A stretch of DNA of 64,000 bases from Eledone cirrhosa. Its lineage: Eukaryota. Every line of letters starts with the position of its first letter. The stretch's first letter is position 1. The stretch is from NCBI GenBank assembly GCA_964016885.1, contig OZ024741.1, positions 256,742,001 to 256,806,000 on the forward strand, in the 5' to 3' direction. The notes below the pieces were generated by a model. The model had not been told where the DNA came from and did no database searches. It worked only from the letters and a program-made list of their open reading frames with translations. Positions 26,298 through 41,700 of this stretch are shown here, one piece after another. The translations under genes were made by a program, and so were the position numbers.

Positions 26298-29200
26298 TGT
26301 TATGCACATAAAATTCAACCTTTTGATCTGGTGTTTTGACTTACGAGTGTTTCGATACGAGTGTTTCGACTTACGAGTGTTCTGACTTACGAGTGTTCTG
26401 ACTTACGAGCGTTCTGACTTACGAGTGTTCCGACTTACGAGTGTTTCGGCTTACGAGTGTTTCGACTTACGAGTGTTCTGATTTACGAGTGTTTCGACTT
26501 ACGAGCGTTCCGACTTACGAGTGTTTCGACTAACGAGTGTTTCGGCTTACGAGTGTTTCGACTTACGAGTGTTCTGACTTACGAGTGTTCCGACTTACGA
26601 GCGTTCCGACTTACGAGTGTTTCGACTTACGAGTGTTAAGACTTACGGGTGTTTTGACATACGAGTGTTTCGATACGAGTGTTTCGACTTACGAGTGTTA
26701 CGAGTGTTCTCACTTACGAGTGTTTCGACTTACGAGTGTTCTGACCTACGAGTGTTCTGACTTACGAGTGTTTCGACTTACGAGTGTTTTGACTTACGGG
26801 TGTTTCGACTTACGAGTGTTTCGACTTACGAGTGTTTCGAGTTACGAGTGTTTCGACTTACGAGTGTTTTGACTTACGAATGTTCTGACTTACGGGTGTT
26901 TCGGCTTACGAGTGTTTCGACTTACGAGTGTTTTAACTTACGGGTGTTTCGACTTACACGTGTTTCGACTTGCGAGTGTTTCGACTTACGAGTGTTTCGA
27001 CTACGAATGTTCCGACTTACGAGTGTTTCGACTTACGAGTGTTTCGACTTACGAGTATTCTGACTTACGGGTGTTCCGACTTACGAGTGTTTCGGCTTAC
27101 GATTGTTTTGACTTACGATTGTTTCGGCTTATGAGTGTTTCGACTTACGAGTGTTTCGGCTTATGAGTGTTTCGACTTACGAGTGTTTCGGCTTACGAAT
27201 GTTTCGACTTACGAGTGTTAAGACTTACGGGTGTTTTGACATACGAGTGTTTCGATTTACGAGTGTTTCGACTTACGAGTGCTTTGACTTACGGTGTTTC
27301 GGCTTACGAGTGTTTCGACTTACGAGTGTTTTGACTTACTGGTGTTTTGACATACGAGTGTTTCGATACGAGTGTTTCGACTTACGAGTGTTCTGACTTA
27401 CGAGTGTTCTGACTTACGAGTGTTCTGACTTACGAGTGTTCTAACTTACGAGTGTTCTGACTTACGAGTGTTCTGACTTACGAGTGTTCCGACTTACGAG
27501 TGTTTCGGCTCACCAGTGTTTCGGCTTACGAGTGTTTCGACTTACGAAAATAACAAATAGACGCGGTTTCAAATCTCTATGCTTTTCAAATTCATTACAT
27601 TAATCTTTATTTATACGTTTCGCTTTACGAGTGTTTCGCCTTACGAGTGTTTCGACTTACGAGTGTTTCGGCTTACGATTGTTTTGACTTACGAGTGTTC
27701 TGACTTACGAGTGTTCTGACTTACGAGTGTTTCGGCTTACGAGTGTTTCGACTTACGAGTGTCGTGACTTACGAGTGTTTCGACTTACGAGCGTTCCGAC
27801 TTACGAGTGTTTCGGCTTACGAATGTTCCGACTTACGAGTGTTTCGACTTACGAGTGTTTCGACTTACGAGCGTTTTGACTTACGAGTGTTTTGACTTAC
27901 GGCGTTTCTGCTTACGAGTGTTTCGACTTACGAGTGTTAAGACTTACGGGTGTTTTGACATACGAGTGTTTCGACTTACGAGTGTTACGAGTGTTCTGAC
28001 TTACGAGTGTTTCGACTTACGAGTGTTCTGACCTACGAGTGTTCTGACTTACGTGTTTTTCGACTTACGAGTGTTTTGACTTACGGGTGTTTCGACTTAC
28101 GAGTTTTTCGACTTACGAGTGTTTCGAGTTACGGGTGTTTCGACTTACGAGTGTTTTGACTTACGAGTGTTAAGACTTACGGGTGTTTTGACATACGAGT
28201 GTTTCGATACGAGTGTTTCGACTTACGAGTGATTTGACTTACGGGTGTTTTGACATACGAGTGTTTCGATACGAGTGTTCTGACTTACGAGTGTTCTGAC
28301 TTACGAGTGTTCTGACTTACGAGTGTTCTGATTTACGAGTGTTCCGACTTACGAGTGATCTGACTTACGAATGTTTTGACTTACTTCGACTTACGAGTGA
28401 TCTGACTTACGAGTGTTCCTACTTACGAGTGTTTCGACTTACGAGTGTTTCGGCTTATGAGTGTTTCGACTTACAAGTGCTTCGACTTACGAGTGTTTCG
28501 GCTTACGGGTGTTTCGACTTACGAATGTTTTTGCTTACGAGTGTTTCGGCTTACGAGTGTTTCGGCTTATGAGTGTTTCGACTTACAAGTGTTTTGACTT
28601 ACGGGTGTTTTGACATACGAGTGTTTCGATACGAGTGTTCTGACTTACGAGTGTTTCCGCTTACGAGTGTTTCGGCTTACGTGTGTTTCGACTTACTAAT
28701 GTTTTTACTTACGAGTGTTTCGGTGTACGAGTGTTTCGACTTAAGGATGTTTCGACTTACGAGTGTTTCGACTTACGAGTGTTTCGACTTACGAGTGTTT
28801 CGACTTACGAGTGTTTTGGCTTACGAATGTTTCGACTTACGGGTGTTTCGACTTACGGGTGTTTCGGCTTACGAGTGTTTCGACTTATGAGTGTTCCGAC
28901 TTACGAGTGTTTCGACTTACGAGTGTTCTGACTACGAGTGTTCTGACTTACGGGTGCTCTGACTTACGAGTGTTTCGACTTACGAGTGTTTCGACTTATG
29001 AGTGTTTCGGCTTACGAGTGTTTTGACTTACGAGTGTTCTGACTACGAGTGTTCTGACTTACGAGTGTTTCGGCTTATGAGTGTTTCGACTTACGAGTGT
29101 TTCGGCTTATGAGTGTTTCGACTTACGAGTGTTTCGGCTTACGAGTGTTTCGACTTACGAGTGTTTCGACTTACGAGTTTTTCGACTTACGGGTGTTTCG

Positions 29201-32200
29201 ACTTACGAGTGTTTCGACTACGAGTGTTTCGACATACGGGTGTTTCGACTTACGGTGTTTCGGCTTACGAGTGTTTCGACTTACGAGTGTTCTGACTTAC
29301 GAGTGTTCTGACTTACGAGTGTTCCGGCTTAAGAGTGTTTCGGCTTACGAGTGTTTCGACTTACGAGTGTTTCGACTTACGAGTGTTTCGACTTACGAGT
29401 GTTTCGACTTACGAGTGTTTTGACTTACGGTGTTTCGGCTTACGAGTGTTTCGACTTACGAGTGTTTTGACTTACTGGTGTTTTGACATACGAGTGTTTC
29501 GATACGAGTGTTTCGACTTACGAGTGTTCTGACTTACGAGTGTTCTGACTTACGAGTGTTCTAACTTACGAGTGTTCTGACTTACGAGTGTTCTGACTTA
29601 CGAGTGTTCCGATTTACGAGTGTTTCGGCTTATGAGTGTTTCGACTTACGAATGTTTTTGCTTACGGGTGTTTCGACTTACGAATGTTTTTGCTTACGAG
29701 TGTTTCGGCTTACGAGTGTTTCGACTTCCGAAAATAACAAATAGACGTGGTTTCAAATCTCTATGCTTTTCAAATTCATTACATTAATCTTTATTTACAC
29801 GTTTCGCTTTACTAGTGTTTCGACTTACGAGTGTTTCGACTTACGAGTGTTTCGACTTACGAGTGTTTCGACTTACGAGTGTTTCGACTTACGAGTGTTT
29901 TGACTTACGAGTGTTCTGACTTACGAGTGTTCTGAATTACGAGTGTTTCGACTTACGAGTGTTCTGACTTACGAGTGTTCTGACTTACGAGTGTTCCGAC
30001 TTACGAGTGTTTCGACTTACGAGTGTTTCGACTTACGAGTGTTTCGGCTTACGAGTGTTTTGACTTACGAATGTTCTGACTACGAGTGTTCTGACTTACG
30101 AGTGTTTCGGCTTATGAGTGTTTCGACTTACGAGTGTTTCGGCTTATGAGTGTTTCGACTTACGAGTGTTTCGGCTTACGATTGTTTCAACTTACGAGTG
30201 TTTCGACTTACGAGTGTTTCGACATACGGGTGTTTCGACTTACGAGTGTTTCGACTACGAGTGTTTCGACTTACGAGTGTTTCGGCTTACGAGTGTTTCG
30301 ACATACGGGTGTTTCGACTTACGGTGTTTCGGCTTACGAGTGTTTCGACTTACGAGTGTTCTGACTTACGAGTGTTCTGACTTACGAGTGTTCTGACTTA
30401 CGAGTGTTCCGACTTACGAGTGTTTCGGCTTACGAGTGTTTCGGCTTACGAGTGTTTCGGCTTACGAGTGTTTCGACTTACGAGTGTTTCGACTTACGAG
30501 TGTTTCGACTTACGAGTGTGTTGACTTACGGTGTTTCGGCTTACGAGTGTTTCGACTTACGAGTGTTTTGACTTACTGGTGTTTTGACATACGAGTGTTT
30601 CGATACGAGTGTTTCGACTTACGAGTGTTCTGACTTACGAGTGTTCTGACTTACGAGTGTTCTGACTGACGAGTGTTCTAACTTACGAGTGTTCTGACTT
30701 ACGAGTGTTCTGACTTACGAGTGTTTCGACTTACGAGTGTTTCGGCTTACGATTGTTTTGACTTACGAGTGTTTTGACTTACGGGTGTTTCGGCCTACGA
30801 GTGTTTCGACTTACGAGTGTTCTGACTTACGAGTGCACTGACTTACGAGCGTTTCGGCTTACGAGTGTTTCGACTTAAGAGTGTTCTGACTTACGAGTGT
30901 TTCGACTTACGAGCGTTCCGACTTACGAGTGTTTCGGCTTACGAGTGTTCCGACTTACGAGTGTTTCGACTTACGAGTGTTTCGACTTACGAGCGTTTTG
31001 ACTTACGAGTGTTTTGACTTACGGTGTTTCTGCTTACGAGTGTTTCGACTTACGAGTGTTAAGACTTACGGGTGTTTTGACATACGAGTGTTTCGACTTA
31101 CGAGTGTTACGAGTGTTCTGACTTACGAGTGTTTCGACTTACGAGTGTTCTGACCTACGAGTGTTCTGACTTACGAGTGTTTCGACTTACGAGTGTTTTG
31201 ACTTACGGGTGTTTCGACTTACGAGTGTTTCGACTTACGAGTGTTTCGAGTTACGGGTGTTTCGACTTACGAGTGTTTTGACTTACGAGTGTTAAGACTT
31301 ACGGGTGTTTTGACATACGAGTGTTTCGATACGAGTGTTTCGACTTACGAGTGTTTTGACTTACGGGTGTTTTGACATACGAGTGTTTCGATACGAGTGT
31401 TTCGAGTACGAGTGTTTCGACTTACGAGTGTTTCGGCTTACGAGTGTTTCGACATACGGGTGTTTCGATTTACGGTGTTTCGGCTTACGAGTGTTTCGAC
31501 TTACGAATGTTCTGACTTACGAGTGTTCTGACTTACGAGTGTTCTGACTTACGAGTGTTCTGACTTACGATTGTTCCGACTTACGAGTGTTTCGGCTTAC
31601 GAGTGTTTCGGCTTACGAGTGTTTCGACTTACGAGTGTTTCGATTTACGAGTGTTTCGAATTACGAGTGCTTTGACTTACGGTGTTTTGACATACGAGTG
31701 TTTCGATACGAGTGTTTCGATTTACGAGTGTTCTGACTTACGAGTGTTCTGACTTACGAGTGTTCTGACTTACGAGTGTTCTAACTTACGAGTGTTCTGA
31801 CTTACGAGTGTTCTGACTTACGAGTGTTCCGACTTACGAGTGTTTCGGCTCACCAGTGTTTCGGCTTACGAGTGTTTCGACTTACGAAAATAACAAATAG
31901 ACGCGGTTTCAAATCTCTATGCTTTTCAAATTCATTACATTAATCTTTATTTATACGTTTCGCTTTACGAGTGTTTCGACTTACGAGTGTTTCGACTTAC
32001 GAGGGTTTCGGCTTACGATTGTTTTGACTTACGAGTGTTTTGACTTACGGGTGTTTCGGCTTACGAGTGTTTCGACTTACGAGTGTTCTGACTTACGAGT
32101 GTTCTGACTTACGAGTGTTTCGGCTTACGAGTGTTTCGACTTACGAGTGTTGTGACTTACGAGTGTTTCGACTTACGAGCGTTCCGACTTACGAGTGTTT

Positions 32201-32439
32201 CGGCTTACGAATGTTCCAACTTACGAGTGTTTCGACTTACGAGTGTTTCGACGTACGAGCGTTTTGACTTACGAGTGTTTTGACTTACGGTGTTTCTGCT
32301 TACGAGTGTTTCGACTTACGAGTGTTAAGACTTACGGGTGTTTTGACATACGAGTGTTTCGACTTACGAGTGTTACGAGTGTTCTGACTTAAGAGTGTTT
32401 CGACTTACGAGTGTTCTGACCTACGAGTGTTCTGACTTA

Positions 32440-34510
32440 CGTGTGTTTCGACTTACGAGTGTTTTGACTTACGGGTGTTTCGACTTACGAGTGTTTCGAC
32501 TTACGAGTGTTTCGAGTTACGGGTGTTTCGACTTACGAGTGTTTTGACTTACGAGTGTTAAGACTTACGGGTGTTTTGACATACGAGTGTTTCGATACGA
32601 GTGTTTCGACTTACGAGTGTTTTGACTTACGGGTGTTTTGACATACGAGTGTTTCGATACGAGTGTTTCGAGTACGAGTGTTTCGACTTACGAGTGTTTC
32701 GAGTTACGGGTGTTTCGACTTACGAGTGTTCTGACCTACGAGTGTTCTGACTTACGAGTGTTCCTACTTACGAGTGTTTCGACTTACGAGTGTTTCGACT
32801 TGCGAGTGTTTCGACTTACGAATGTTCCGACTTACGAAAATAACAAATAGACGCGGTTTCAAATATCTATGCTTTTCAAATTCATTACATTAATCTTTAT
32901 TTATACGTTTCGCTTTACGAGTGTTTCGGCGTACGAGTGTTTCGACTTACGAGTGTTTTAACTTACGGTTGTTTCGACTTACGCGTGTTTCGACTACGAA
33001 TGTTCCGACTTACGAGTGTTTCGACTTACGAGTGTTTCGACTTACGAGTGCTTTGACTTACGAATGTTTTGACTTACTTCGACTTACGAGTGATCTGACT
33101 TACGAGTGTTCCTACTTACGAGTGTTCTGACTTACGTGTGTTTCGACTTACGAGTGTTTTGACTTACGGATGTTTCGACTTACGAGTGTTTCGACTTACG
33201 AGTGTTTCGAGTTACGGGTGTTTCGACTTACGAGTGTTTTGACTTACGAGTGTTAAGACTTACGGGTGTTTTGACATACGAGTGTTTCGATACGAGTGTT
33301 TCGACTTACGAGTGTTTTGACTTACGGGTGTTTTGACATACGAGTGTTTCGATACGAGTGTTTCGAGTACGAGTGTTTCGACTTACGAGTGTTTCGGCTT
33401 ACGAGTGTTTCGACTTACGAGTGTTCTGACCTACGAGTGTTCTGACTTACGAGTGTTCCTACTTACGAGTGTTTCGACTTACGAGTGTTTCGACTTGCGA
33501 GTGTTTCGACTTACGAATGTTCCGACTTACGAAAATAACAAATAGACGCGGTTTCAAATATCTATGCTTTTCAAATTCATTACATTAATCTTTATTTATA
33601 CGTTTCGCTTTACGAGTGTTTCGGCGTACGAGTGTTTCGACTTACGAGTGTTTTAACTTACGGTTGTTTCGACTTACGCGTGTTTCGACTACGAATGTTC
33701 CGACTTACGAGTGTTTCGACTTACGAGTGTTTCGACTTACGAGTGCTTTGACTTACGAATGTTTTGACTTACTTCGACTTACGAGTGATCTGACTTACGA
33801 GTGTTCCTACTTACGAGTGTTCTGACTTACGTGTGTTTCGACTTACGAGTGTTTTGACTTACGGGTGTTTCGACTTACGAGTGTTTCGACTTACGAGTGT
33901 TTCGAGTTACGGGTGTTTCGACTTACGAGTGTTTTGACTTACGAGTGTTAAGACTTACGGGTGTTTTGACATACGAGTGTTTCGATACGAGTGTTTCGAC
34001 TTACGAGTGTTTTGACTTACGGGTGTTTTGACATACGAGTGTTTCGATACGAGTGTTCTGACTTACGAGTGTTCTGACTTCCGAGTGTTCTGACTTACAA
34101 GTGTTCTGACTTACGAGTGTTCCGACTTACGAGTGATCTGACTTACGAGTGTTCCTACTTACGAGTGTTTCGACTTACGAGTGTTTCGACTTGCGAGTGT
34201 TTCGACTTACGAATGTTCCGACTTACGAAAATAACAAATAGACGCGGTTTCAAATATCTATGCTTTTCAAATTCATTACATTAATCTTTATTTATACGTT
34301 TCGCTTTACGAGTGTTTCGGCGTACGAGTGTTTCGACTTACGAGTGTTTTAACTTACGGTTGTTTCGAATTACGCGTGTTTCGACTACGAATGTTCCGAC
34401 TTACGAGTGTTTCGACTTACGAGTGTTTCGACTTACGAGTGCTTTGACTTACGAATGTTTTGACTTACTTCGACTTACGAGTGATCTGACTTACGAGTGT
34501 TCCTACTTAC
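32440..34510 (+). repeat. ~695-bp higher-order repeat, duplicated as part of the 12-kb unit
   Basis: ORFs at 32638/33333 and 32921/33616. Spacers at 32838, 33533 and 34229. Confidence 0.88.
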
Positions 34511-37500
34511 GAGTGTTTCGACTTACGAGTGTTTCGACTTGCGAGTGTTTCGACATACGAGTGTTTCGACTTACGAAAATAACAAATAGACGCGGTTTCA
34601 AATCTCTATGCTTTTCAAATTCATTACATTAATCTTTATTTATACGTTTCGCTTTACGAGTGTTTCGAGTTACGAGTGTTTCGACATACGAGTGATTCGG
34701 CTAACGAGTGTTTTGATTTACGAGTGTTTTGACTTACGGGTGCTTCGACTTACGCGTGTTTCGACTTACGAGTGTTTCGACTTACGAGTGTTTCGACTTA
34801 CGAGTGTTTTGGCTTACGAATGTTTCGACTTACGGGTGTTTCGACTTACGGGTGTTTCGGCTTACGAGTGTTTCGACTTATGAGTGTTCCGACTTACGAG
34901 TGTTTCGACTTACGAGTGTTCTGACTACGAGTGTTCTGACTTACGGGTGCTCTGACTTACGAGTGTTTCGACTTACGAGTGTTTCGACTTATGAGTGTTT
35001 CGGCTTACGAGTGTTTTGACTTACGAGTGTTCTGACTACGAGTGTTCTGACTTACGAGTGTTTCGGCTTATGAGTGTTTCGACTTACGAGTGTTTCGGCT
35101 TATGAGTGTTTCGACTTACGAGTGTTTCGGCTTACGAGTGTTTCGACTTACGAGTGTTTCGACTTACGAGTGTTTCGACTTACGGGTGTTTCGACTTACG
35201 AGTGTTTCGACTACGAGTGTTTCGACATACGGGTGTTTCGACTTACGGTGTTTCGGCTTACGAGTATTTCGACTTACGAGTGTTCTGACTTACGAGTGTT
35301 CTGACTTACGAGTGTTCCGGCTTACGAGTGTTTCGGCTTACGAGTGTTTCGACTTACGAGTGTTTCGACTTACGAGTGTTTCGACTTACGAGTGTTTCGA
35401 CTTACGAGTGTTTTGACTTACGGTGTTTCGGCTTACGAGTGTTTCGACTTACGAGTGTTTTGACTTACTGGTGTTTTGACATACGAGTGTTTCGATACGA
35501 GTGTTTCGACTTACGAGTGTTCTGACTTACGAGTGTTCTGACTTACGAGTGTTCTAACTTACGAGTGTTCTGACTTACGAGTGTTCTGACTTACGAGTGT
35601 TCCGACTTACGAGTGTTTCGGCTCACCAGTGTTTCGGCTTACGAGTGTTTCGACTTACGAAAATAACAAATAGACGCGGTTTCAAATCTCTATGCTTTTC
35701 ATATTCATTACATTAATCTTTATTTATACGTTTCGCCTTACGAGTGTTTCGACTTACGAGTGTTTCGACTTACGAGTGTTTCGGCTTACGAGTGTTTCGA
35801 CTTACGAGTGTTTTGACTTACGGGTGTTTTGACATACGAGTGTTTCGAGACGAGTGTTCTGACTTACGAGTGTTCTGACTTACGAGTGTTCTGACTTACG
35901 AGTGTTCTGACTTACGAGTGTTCTGACATACGTGTGTTCTGACTTACGAGTGTTCCGATTTACGAGTGTTTCGGCTTATGAGTGTTTCGACTTACGAATG
36001 TTTTGGCTTACGGGTGTTTCGACTTACGAATGTTTTTGCTTACGAGTGTTTCGGCTTACGAGTGTTTCGACTTACGAAAATAACAAATAGACGTGGTTTC
36101 AAATCTCTATGCTTTTCAAATTCATTACATTAATCTTTATTTACACGTTTCGCTTTACTAGTGTTTCGACTTACGAGTGTTTCGACTTACGAGTGTTTCG
36201 ACTTACGAGTGTTTCGACTTACGAGTGTTTCGACTTACGAGTGTTTTGACTTACGAGTGTTCTGACTTACGAGTGTTCTGACTTACGAGTGTTTCGACTT
36301 ACGAGTGTTCTCACATACGAGTGTTCTGACTTACGAGTGTTCCGACTTACGAGTGTTTCGACTTACGAGTGTTTCGACTTACGAGTGTTTCGGCTTACGA
36401 GTGTTTTGACTTACGAATGTTCTGACTACGAGTGTTCTGACTTACGAGTGTTTCGGCTTATGAGTGTTTCGACTTACGAGTGTTTCGGCTTATGAGTGTT
36501 TCGACTTACGAGTGTTTCGGCTTACGATTGTTTCAACTTACGAGTGTTTCGACTTACGAGTGTTTCGACATACGGGTGTTTCGACTTACGAGTGTTTCGA
36601 CTACGAGTGTTTCGACTTACGAGTGTTTCGGCTTACGAATGTTTCGACATACGGGTGTTTCGACTTACGGTGTTTCGGCTTACGAGTGTTTCGACTTACG
36701 AGTGTTCTGACTTACGAGTGTTCTGACTTACGAGTGTTCTGACTTACGAGTGTTCCGACTTACGAGTGTTTCGGCTTACGAGTGTTTCGGCTTACGAGTG
36801 TTTCGGCTTACGAGTGTTTCGACTTACGAGTGTTTTGACTTACGAGTGTTTCGACTTACGAGTGTTTTGACTTACGGTGTTTCGGCTTACGAGTGTTTCG
36901 ACTTACGAGTGTTTTGACTTACTGGTGTTTTGACATACGAGTGTTTCGATACGAGTGTTTCGACTTACGAGTGTTCTGACTTACGAGTGTTCTGACTTAC
37001 AAGTGTTCTGACTTACGAGTGTTCCGACTTACGAGTGTTTCGACTTACGAGTGTTTCGACTTACGAGTGTTTTGACTTACGGTGTTTCGGCTTACGAGTG
37101 TTTCGACTTACGAGTGTTTTGACTTACTGCTGTTTTGACATACGAGGGTTTCGATACGAGTGTTTCGACTTACGAGTGTTTCGACTTACGAGTGTTTCGA
37201 CTTACGAGTGTTTTGACTTACGGTGTTTCGGCTTACGAGTGTTTCGACTTACGAACGTTCCGACTTACGAGTGTTTCGGCTTACGAATGTTCCGACTTAC
37301 GAGTGTTTCGACTTACGAGTGTTTCGGCTTACGAGCGTTTTGACTTACGAGTGTTTTGACTTACGGTGTTTCTGCTTACGAGTGTTTCGACTTACGAGTG
37401 TTAAGACTTACGGGTGTTTTGACATACGAGTGTTTCGACTTACGAGTGTTACGAGTGTTCTGACTTACGAGTGTTTCGACTTACGAGTGTTCTGACCTAC

Positions 37501-38795
37501 GAGTGTTCTGACTTACGTGTTTCGACTTCCGAGTGTTTTGACTTACGGGTGTTTCGACTTACGAGTGTTTCGACTTACGAGTGTTTCGAGTTACGGGTGT
37601 TTCGACTTACGAGTGTTTTGACTTACGAGTGTTAAGACTTACGGGTGTTTTGACATACGAGTGTTTCGATACGAGTGTTCTGACTTACGAGTGTTCTGAC
37701 TTACGAGTGTTCTGACTTACGAGTGTTCTGACTTACGAGTGTTCCGACTTACGAGTGATCTGACTTACGAGTGTTCCTACTTACGAGTGTTTCGACTTAC
37801 GAGTGTTTCGACTTGCGAGTGTTTCGACTTACGAATGTTCCGACTTACGAAAATAACAAATAGACGCGGTTTCAAATATCTATGCTTTTCAAATTCATTA
37901 CATTAATCTTTATTTATACGTTTCGCTTTACGAGTGTTTCGGCGTACGAGTGTTTCGACTTACGAGTGTTTTAACTTACGGTTGTTTCGACTTACGCGTG
38001 TTTCGACTACGAATGTTCCGACTTACGAGTGTTTCGACTTACGAGTGTTTCGACTTACGAGTGCTTTGACTTACGAATGTTTTGACTTCGACTTACGAGT
38101 GATCTGACTTACGAGTGTTCCTACTTACGAGTGTTTCGACTTACGAGTGTTTCGACTTGCGAGTGTTTCGACTTACGAGTGTTTCGACTTACGAAAATAA
38201 CAAATAGACGCGGTTTCAAATCTCTATGCTTTTCAAATTCATTACATTAATCTTTATTTATACGTTTCGCTTTACAAGTGTTTCGAGTTACGAGTGTTTC
38301 GACATACGAGTGATTCGGCTAACGAGTGTTTTGATTTACGAGTGTTTTGACTTACGGGTGCTTCGACTTACGCGTGTTTCGACTTACGAGTGTTTCGACT
38401 TACGAGTGTTTCGACTTACGATTGTTTCGGCTTACGAGTGTTTCGACTTAAGAGTGTTCTGACTACGAGTGTTCTGATTTACGGGTGTTCTGACTTACGA
38501 GTGTTCCGACTTACGAGTGTTTCGGCTTATGAGTGTTTCGACTTACAAGTGCTTCGACTTACGAGTGTTTCGGCTTACGGGTGTTTCGACTTACGAATGT
38601 TTTTGCTTGCGAGTGTTTCGGCTTACGAGTGTTTCGGCTTATGAGTGTTTCGACTTACAAGTGTTTTGACTACGAGTGTTTCGATACGAGTGTTCTGACT
38701 TACGAGTGTTTCCGCTTACGAGTGTTTCGGCTTACGAGTGTTTCGACTTACTAATGTTTTTACTTACGAGTGTTTCGGTGTACGAGTGTTTCGAC

Positions 38796-41700
38796 TTAAG
38801 GATGTTTCGACTTACGAGTGTTTCGACTTACGAGTGTTTCGACTTACGAGTGTTTCGACTTACGAGTGTTTTGGCTTACGAATGTTTTGACTTACGGGTG
38901 TTTCGACTTACGGGTGTTTCGGCTTACGAGTGTTTCGACTTATGAGTGTTCCGACTTACGAGTGTTTCGACTTACGAGTGTTCTGACTACGAGTGTTCTG
39001 ACTTACGGGTGCTCTGACTTACGAGTGTTTCGACTTACGAGTGTTTCGACTTATGAGTGTTTCGGCTTACGAGTGTTTTGACTTACGAGTGTTCTGACTA
39101 CGAGTGTTCTGACTTACGAGTGTTTCGGCTTATGAGTGTTTCGACTTACGAGTGTTTCGGCTTATGAGTGTTTCGACTTACGAGTGTTTCGGCTTACGAG
39201 TGTTTCGACTTACGAGTGTTTCGACTTACGAGTGTTTCGACTTACGGGTGTTTCGACTTACGAGTGTTTCGACTTACGAGTGTTTCGACTTACGAGTGTT
39301 TCGGCTTACGAGTGTTTCGACATACGGGTGTTTCGACTTACGGTGTTTCGGCTTACGAGTGTTTCGACTTACGAGTGTTTCGACTTACGAGTGTTTCGAC
39401 TTACGGGTGTTTCGACTTACGAGTGTTCTGACTTACGAGTGTTCTGACTTACGAGTGTTCCGACTTACGAGTGTTTCGGCTTACGAGTGTTTCGGCTTAC
39501 GAGTGTTTCGACTTACGAGTGTTTCGACTTACGAGTATGTCGACTTACGAGTGTTTCGACTTACGAGTGTTTTGACTTACGGTGTTTCGGCTTACGAGTG
39601 TTTCGACTTACGAGTGTTTTGACTTACTGGTGTTTTGACATACGAGTGTTTCGATACGAGTGTTTCGACTTACGAGTGTTCTGACTTACGAGTGTTCTGA
39701 CTTACGAGTGTTCTAACTTACGAGTGTTCTGACTTACGAGTGTTCTGACTTACGAGTGTTCCGACTTACGAGTGTTTCGGCTCACCAGTGTTTCGGCTTA
39801 CGAGTGTTTCGACTTACGAAAATAACAAATAGACGCGGTTTCAAATCTCTATGCTTTTCATATTCATTACATTAATCTTTATTTATACGTTTCGCCTTAC
39901 GAGTGTTTCGACTTACGAGTGTTTCGACTTACGTGTGTTTCGGCTTACGAGTGTTTCGACTTACGAGTGTTTTGACTTACGGGTGTTTTGACATACGAGT
40001 GTTTCGATACGAGTGTTCTGACTTACGAGTGTTCTGACTTACGAGTGTTCTGACTTACGAGTGTTCTGACTTACGAGTGTTCTGACATACGTGTGTTCTG
40101 ACTTACGAGTGTTCGGATTTACGAGTGTTTCGGCTTATGAGTGTTTCGACTTACGAATGTTTTTGCTTACTGGTGTTTCGACTTACGAATGTTTTTGCTT
40201 ACGAGTGTTTCGGCTTACGAGTGTTTCGACTTACGAAAATAACAAATAGACGTGGTTTCAAATCTCTATGCTTTTCAAATTCATTACATTAATCTTTATT
40301 TACACGTTTCGCTTTACTAGTGTTTCGACTTACGAGTGTTTCGACTTACGAGTGTTTCGACTTACGAGTGTTTCGACTTACGAGTGTTTTGACTTACGAG
40401 TGTTCTGACTTACGAGTGTTCTGACTTACGAGTGTTTCGACTTACGAGTGTTCTGACTTACGAGTGTTCCGACTTACGAGTGTTTCGACTTACGAGTGTT
40501 TCGACTTACGAGTGTTTCGGCTTATGAGTGTTTCGACTTACGAGTGTTTCGGCTTATGAGTGTTTCGACTTACGAGTGTTTCGGCTTACGATTGTTTCAA
40601 CTTACGAGTGTTTCGACTTACGAGTGTTTCGACATACGGGTGTTTCGACTTACGAGTGTTTCGGCTACGAGTGTTTCGACTTACGAGTGTTTCGGCTTAC
40701 GAGTGTTTCGACATACGGGTGTTTCGACTTACGGTGTTTCGGCTTACGAGTGTTTCGACTTACGAGTGTTCTGACTTACGAGTGTTCTGACTTACGAGTG
40801 TTCCGACTTACGAGTGTTTCGGCTTACGAGTGTTTCGGCTTACGAGTGTTTCGGCTTACGAGTGTTTCGACTTACGAGTGTTTCGACTTACGAGTGTTTC
40901 GACTTACGAGTGCTTTGACTTACGGTGTTTCGGCTTACGAGTGTTTCGACTTACGAGTGTTTTGACTTACTGGTGTTTTGACATACGAGTGTTTCGATAC
41001 GAGTGTTTCGACTTACGAGTGTTCTGACTTACGAGTGTTCTGACTTACGAGTGTTCTGACTGACGAGTGTTCTAACTTACGAGTGTTCTGACTTACGAGT
41101 GTTCTGACTTACGAGTGTTCCGAGTTACGAGTGTTTCGGCTCACCAGTGTTTCGGCTTACGAGTGTTTCGACTTACGAAAATAACAAATAGACGCGGTTT
41201 CAAATCTCTATACTTTTCAAATTCATTACATTAATCTTTATTTATACGTTTCGCTTTACGAGTGTTTCGACTTACGAGTGTTTCGACTTACGAGTGTTTC
41301 GGCTTACGATTGTTTTGACTTACGAGTGTTTTGACTTACGGGTGTTTCGGCCTACGAGTGTTTCGACTTACGAGTGTTCTGACTTACGAGTGTTTCGGCT
41401 TACGTGTGTTTCGACTTACGAGTGTTCTGACTTACGAGTGTTTCGACTTACGAGCGTTCCGACTTACGAGTGTTTCGGCTTACGAGTGTTCCGACTTACG
41501 AGTGTTTCGACTTACGAGTGTTTCGACTTACGAGCGTTTTGACTTACGAGTGTTTTGACTTACGGTGTTTCTGCTTACGAGTGTTTCGACTTACGAGGGT
41601 TAAGACTTACGGGTGTTTTGACATACGAGTGTTTCGACTTACGAGTGTTACGAGTGTTCTGACTTACGAGTGTTTCGACTTACGAGTGTTCTGACCTACG

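Larger units (their letters stand above)
25593..26327. other. ~735-bp non-satellite island (copy 2)
   Basis: Same as 13608-14342 at offset 11985. I saw one substitution (G13941 vs T25926). Confidence 0.95.
11800..36400 (+). repeat. ~12-kb tandem segmental duplication (two copies; offset 11985 bp then 11999 bp)
   Basis: Matching ORFs at 12289/24274, 13163/25148, 14079/26064 and 18944/30929 (offset 11985), and at 19920/31919, 22313/34312 and 23329/35328 (offset 11999). The non-satellite island is duplicated at 13608 and 25593. Boundaries are approximate. Confidence 0.93.
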
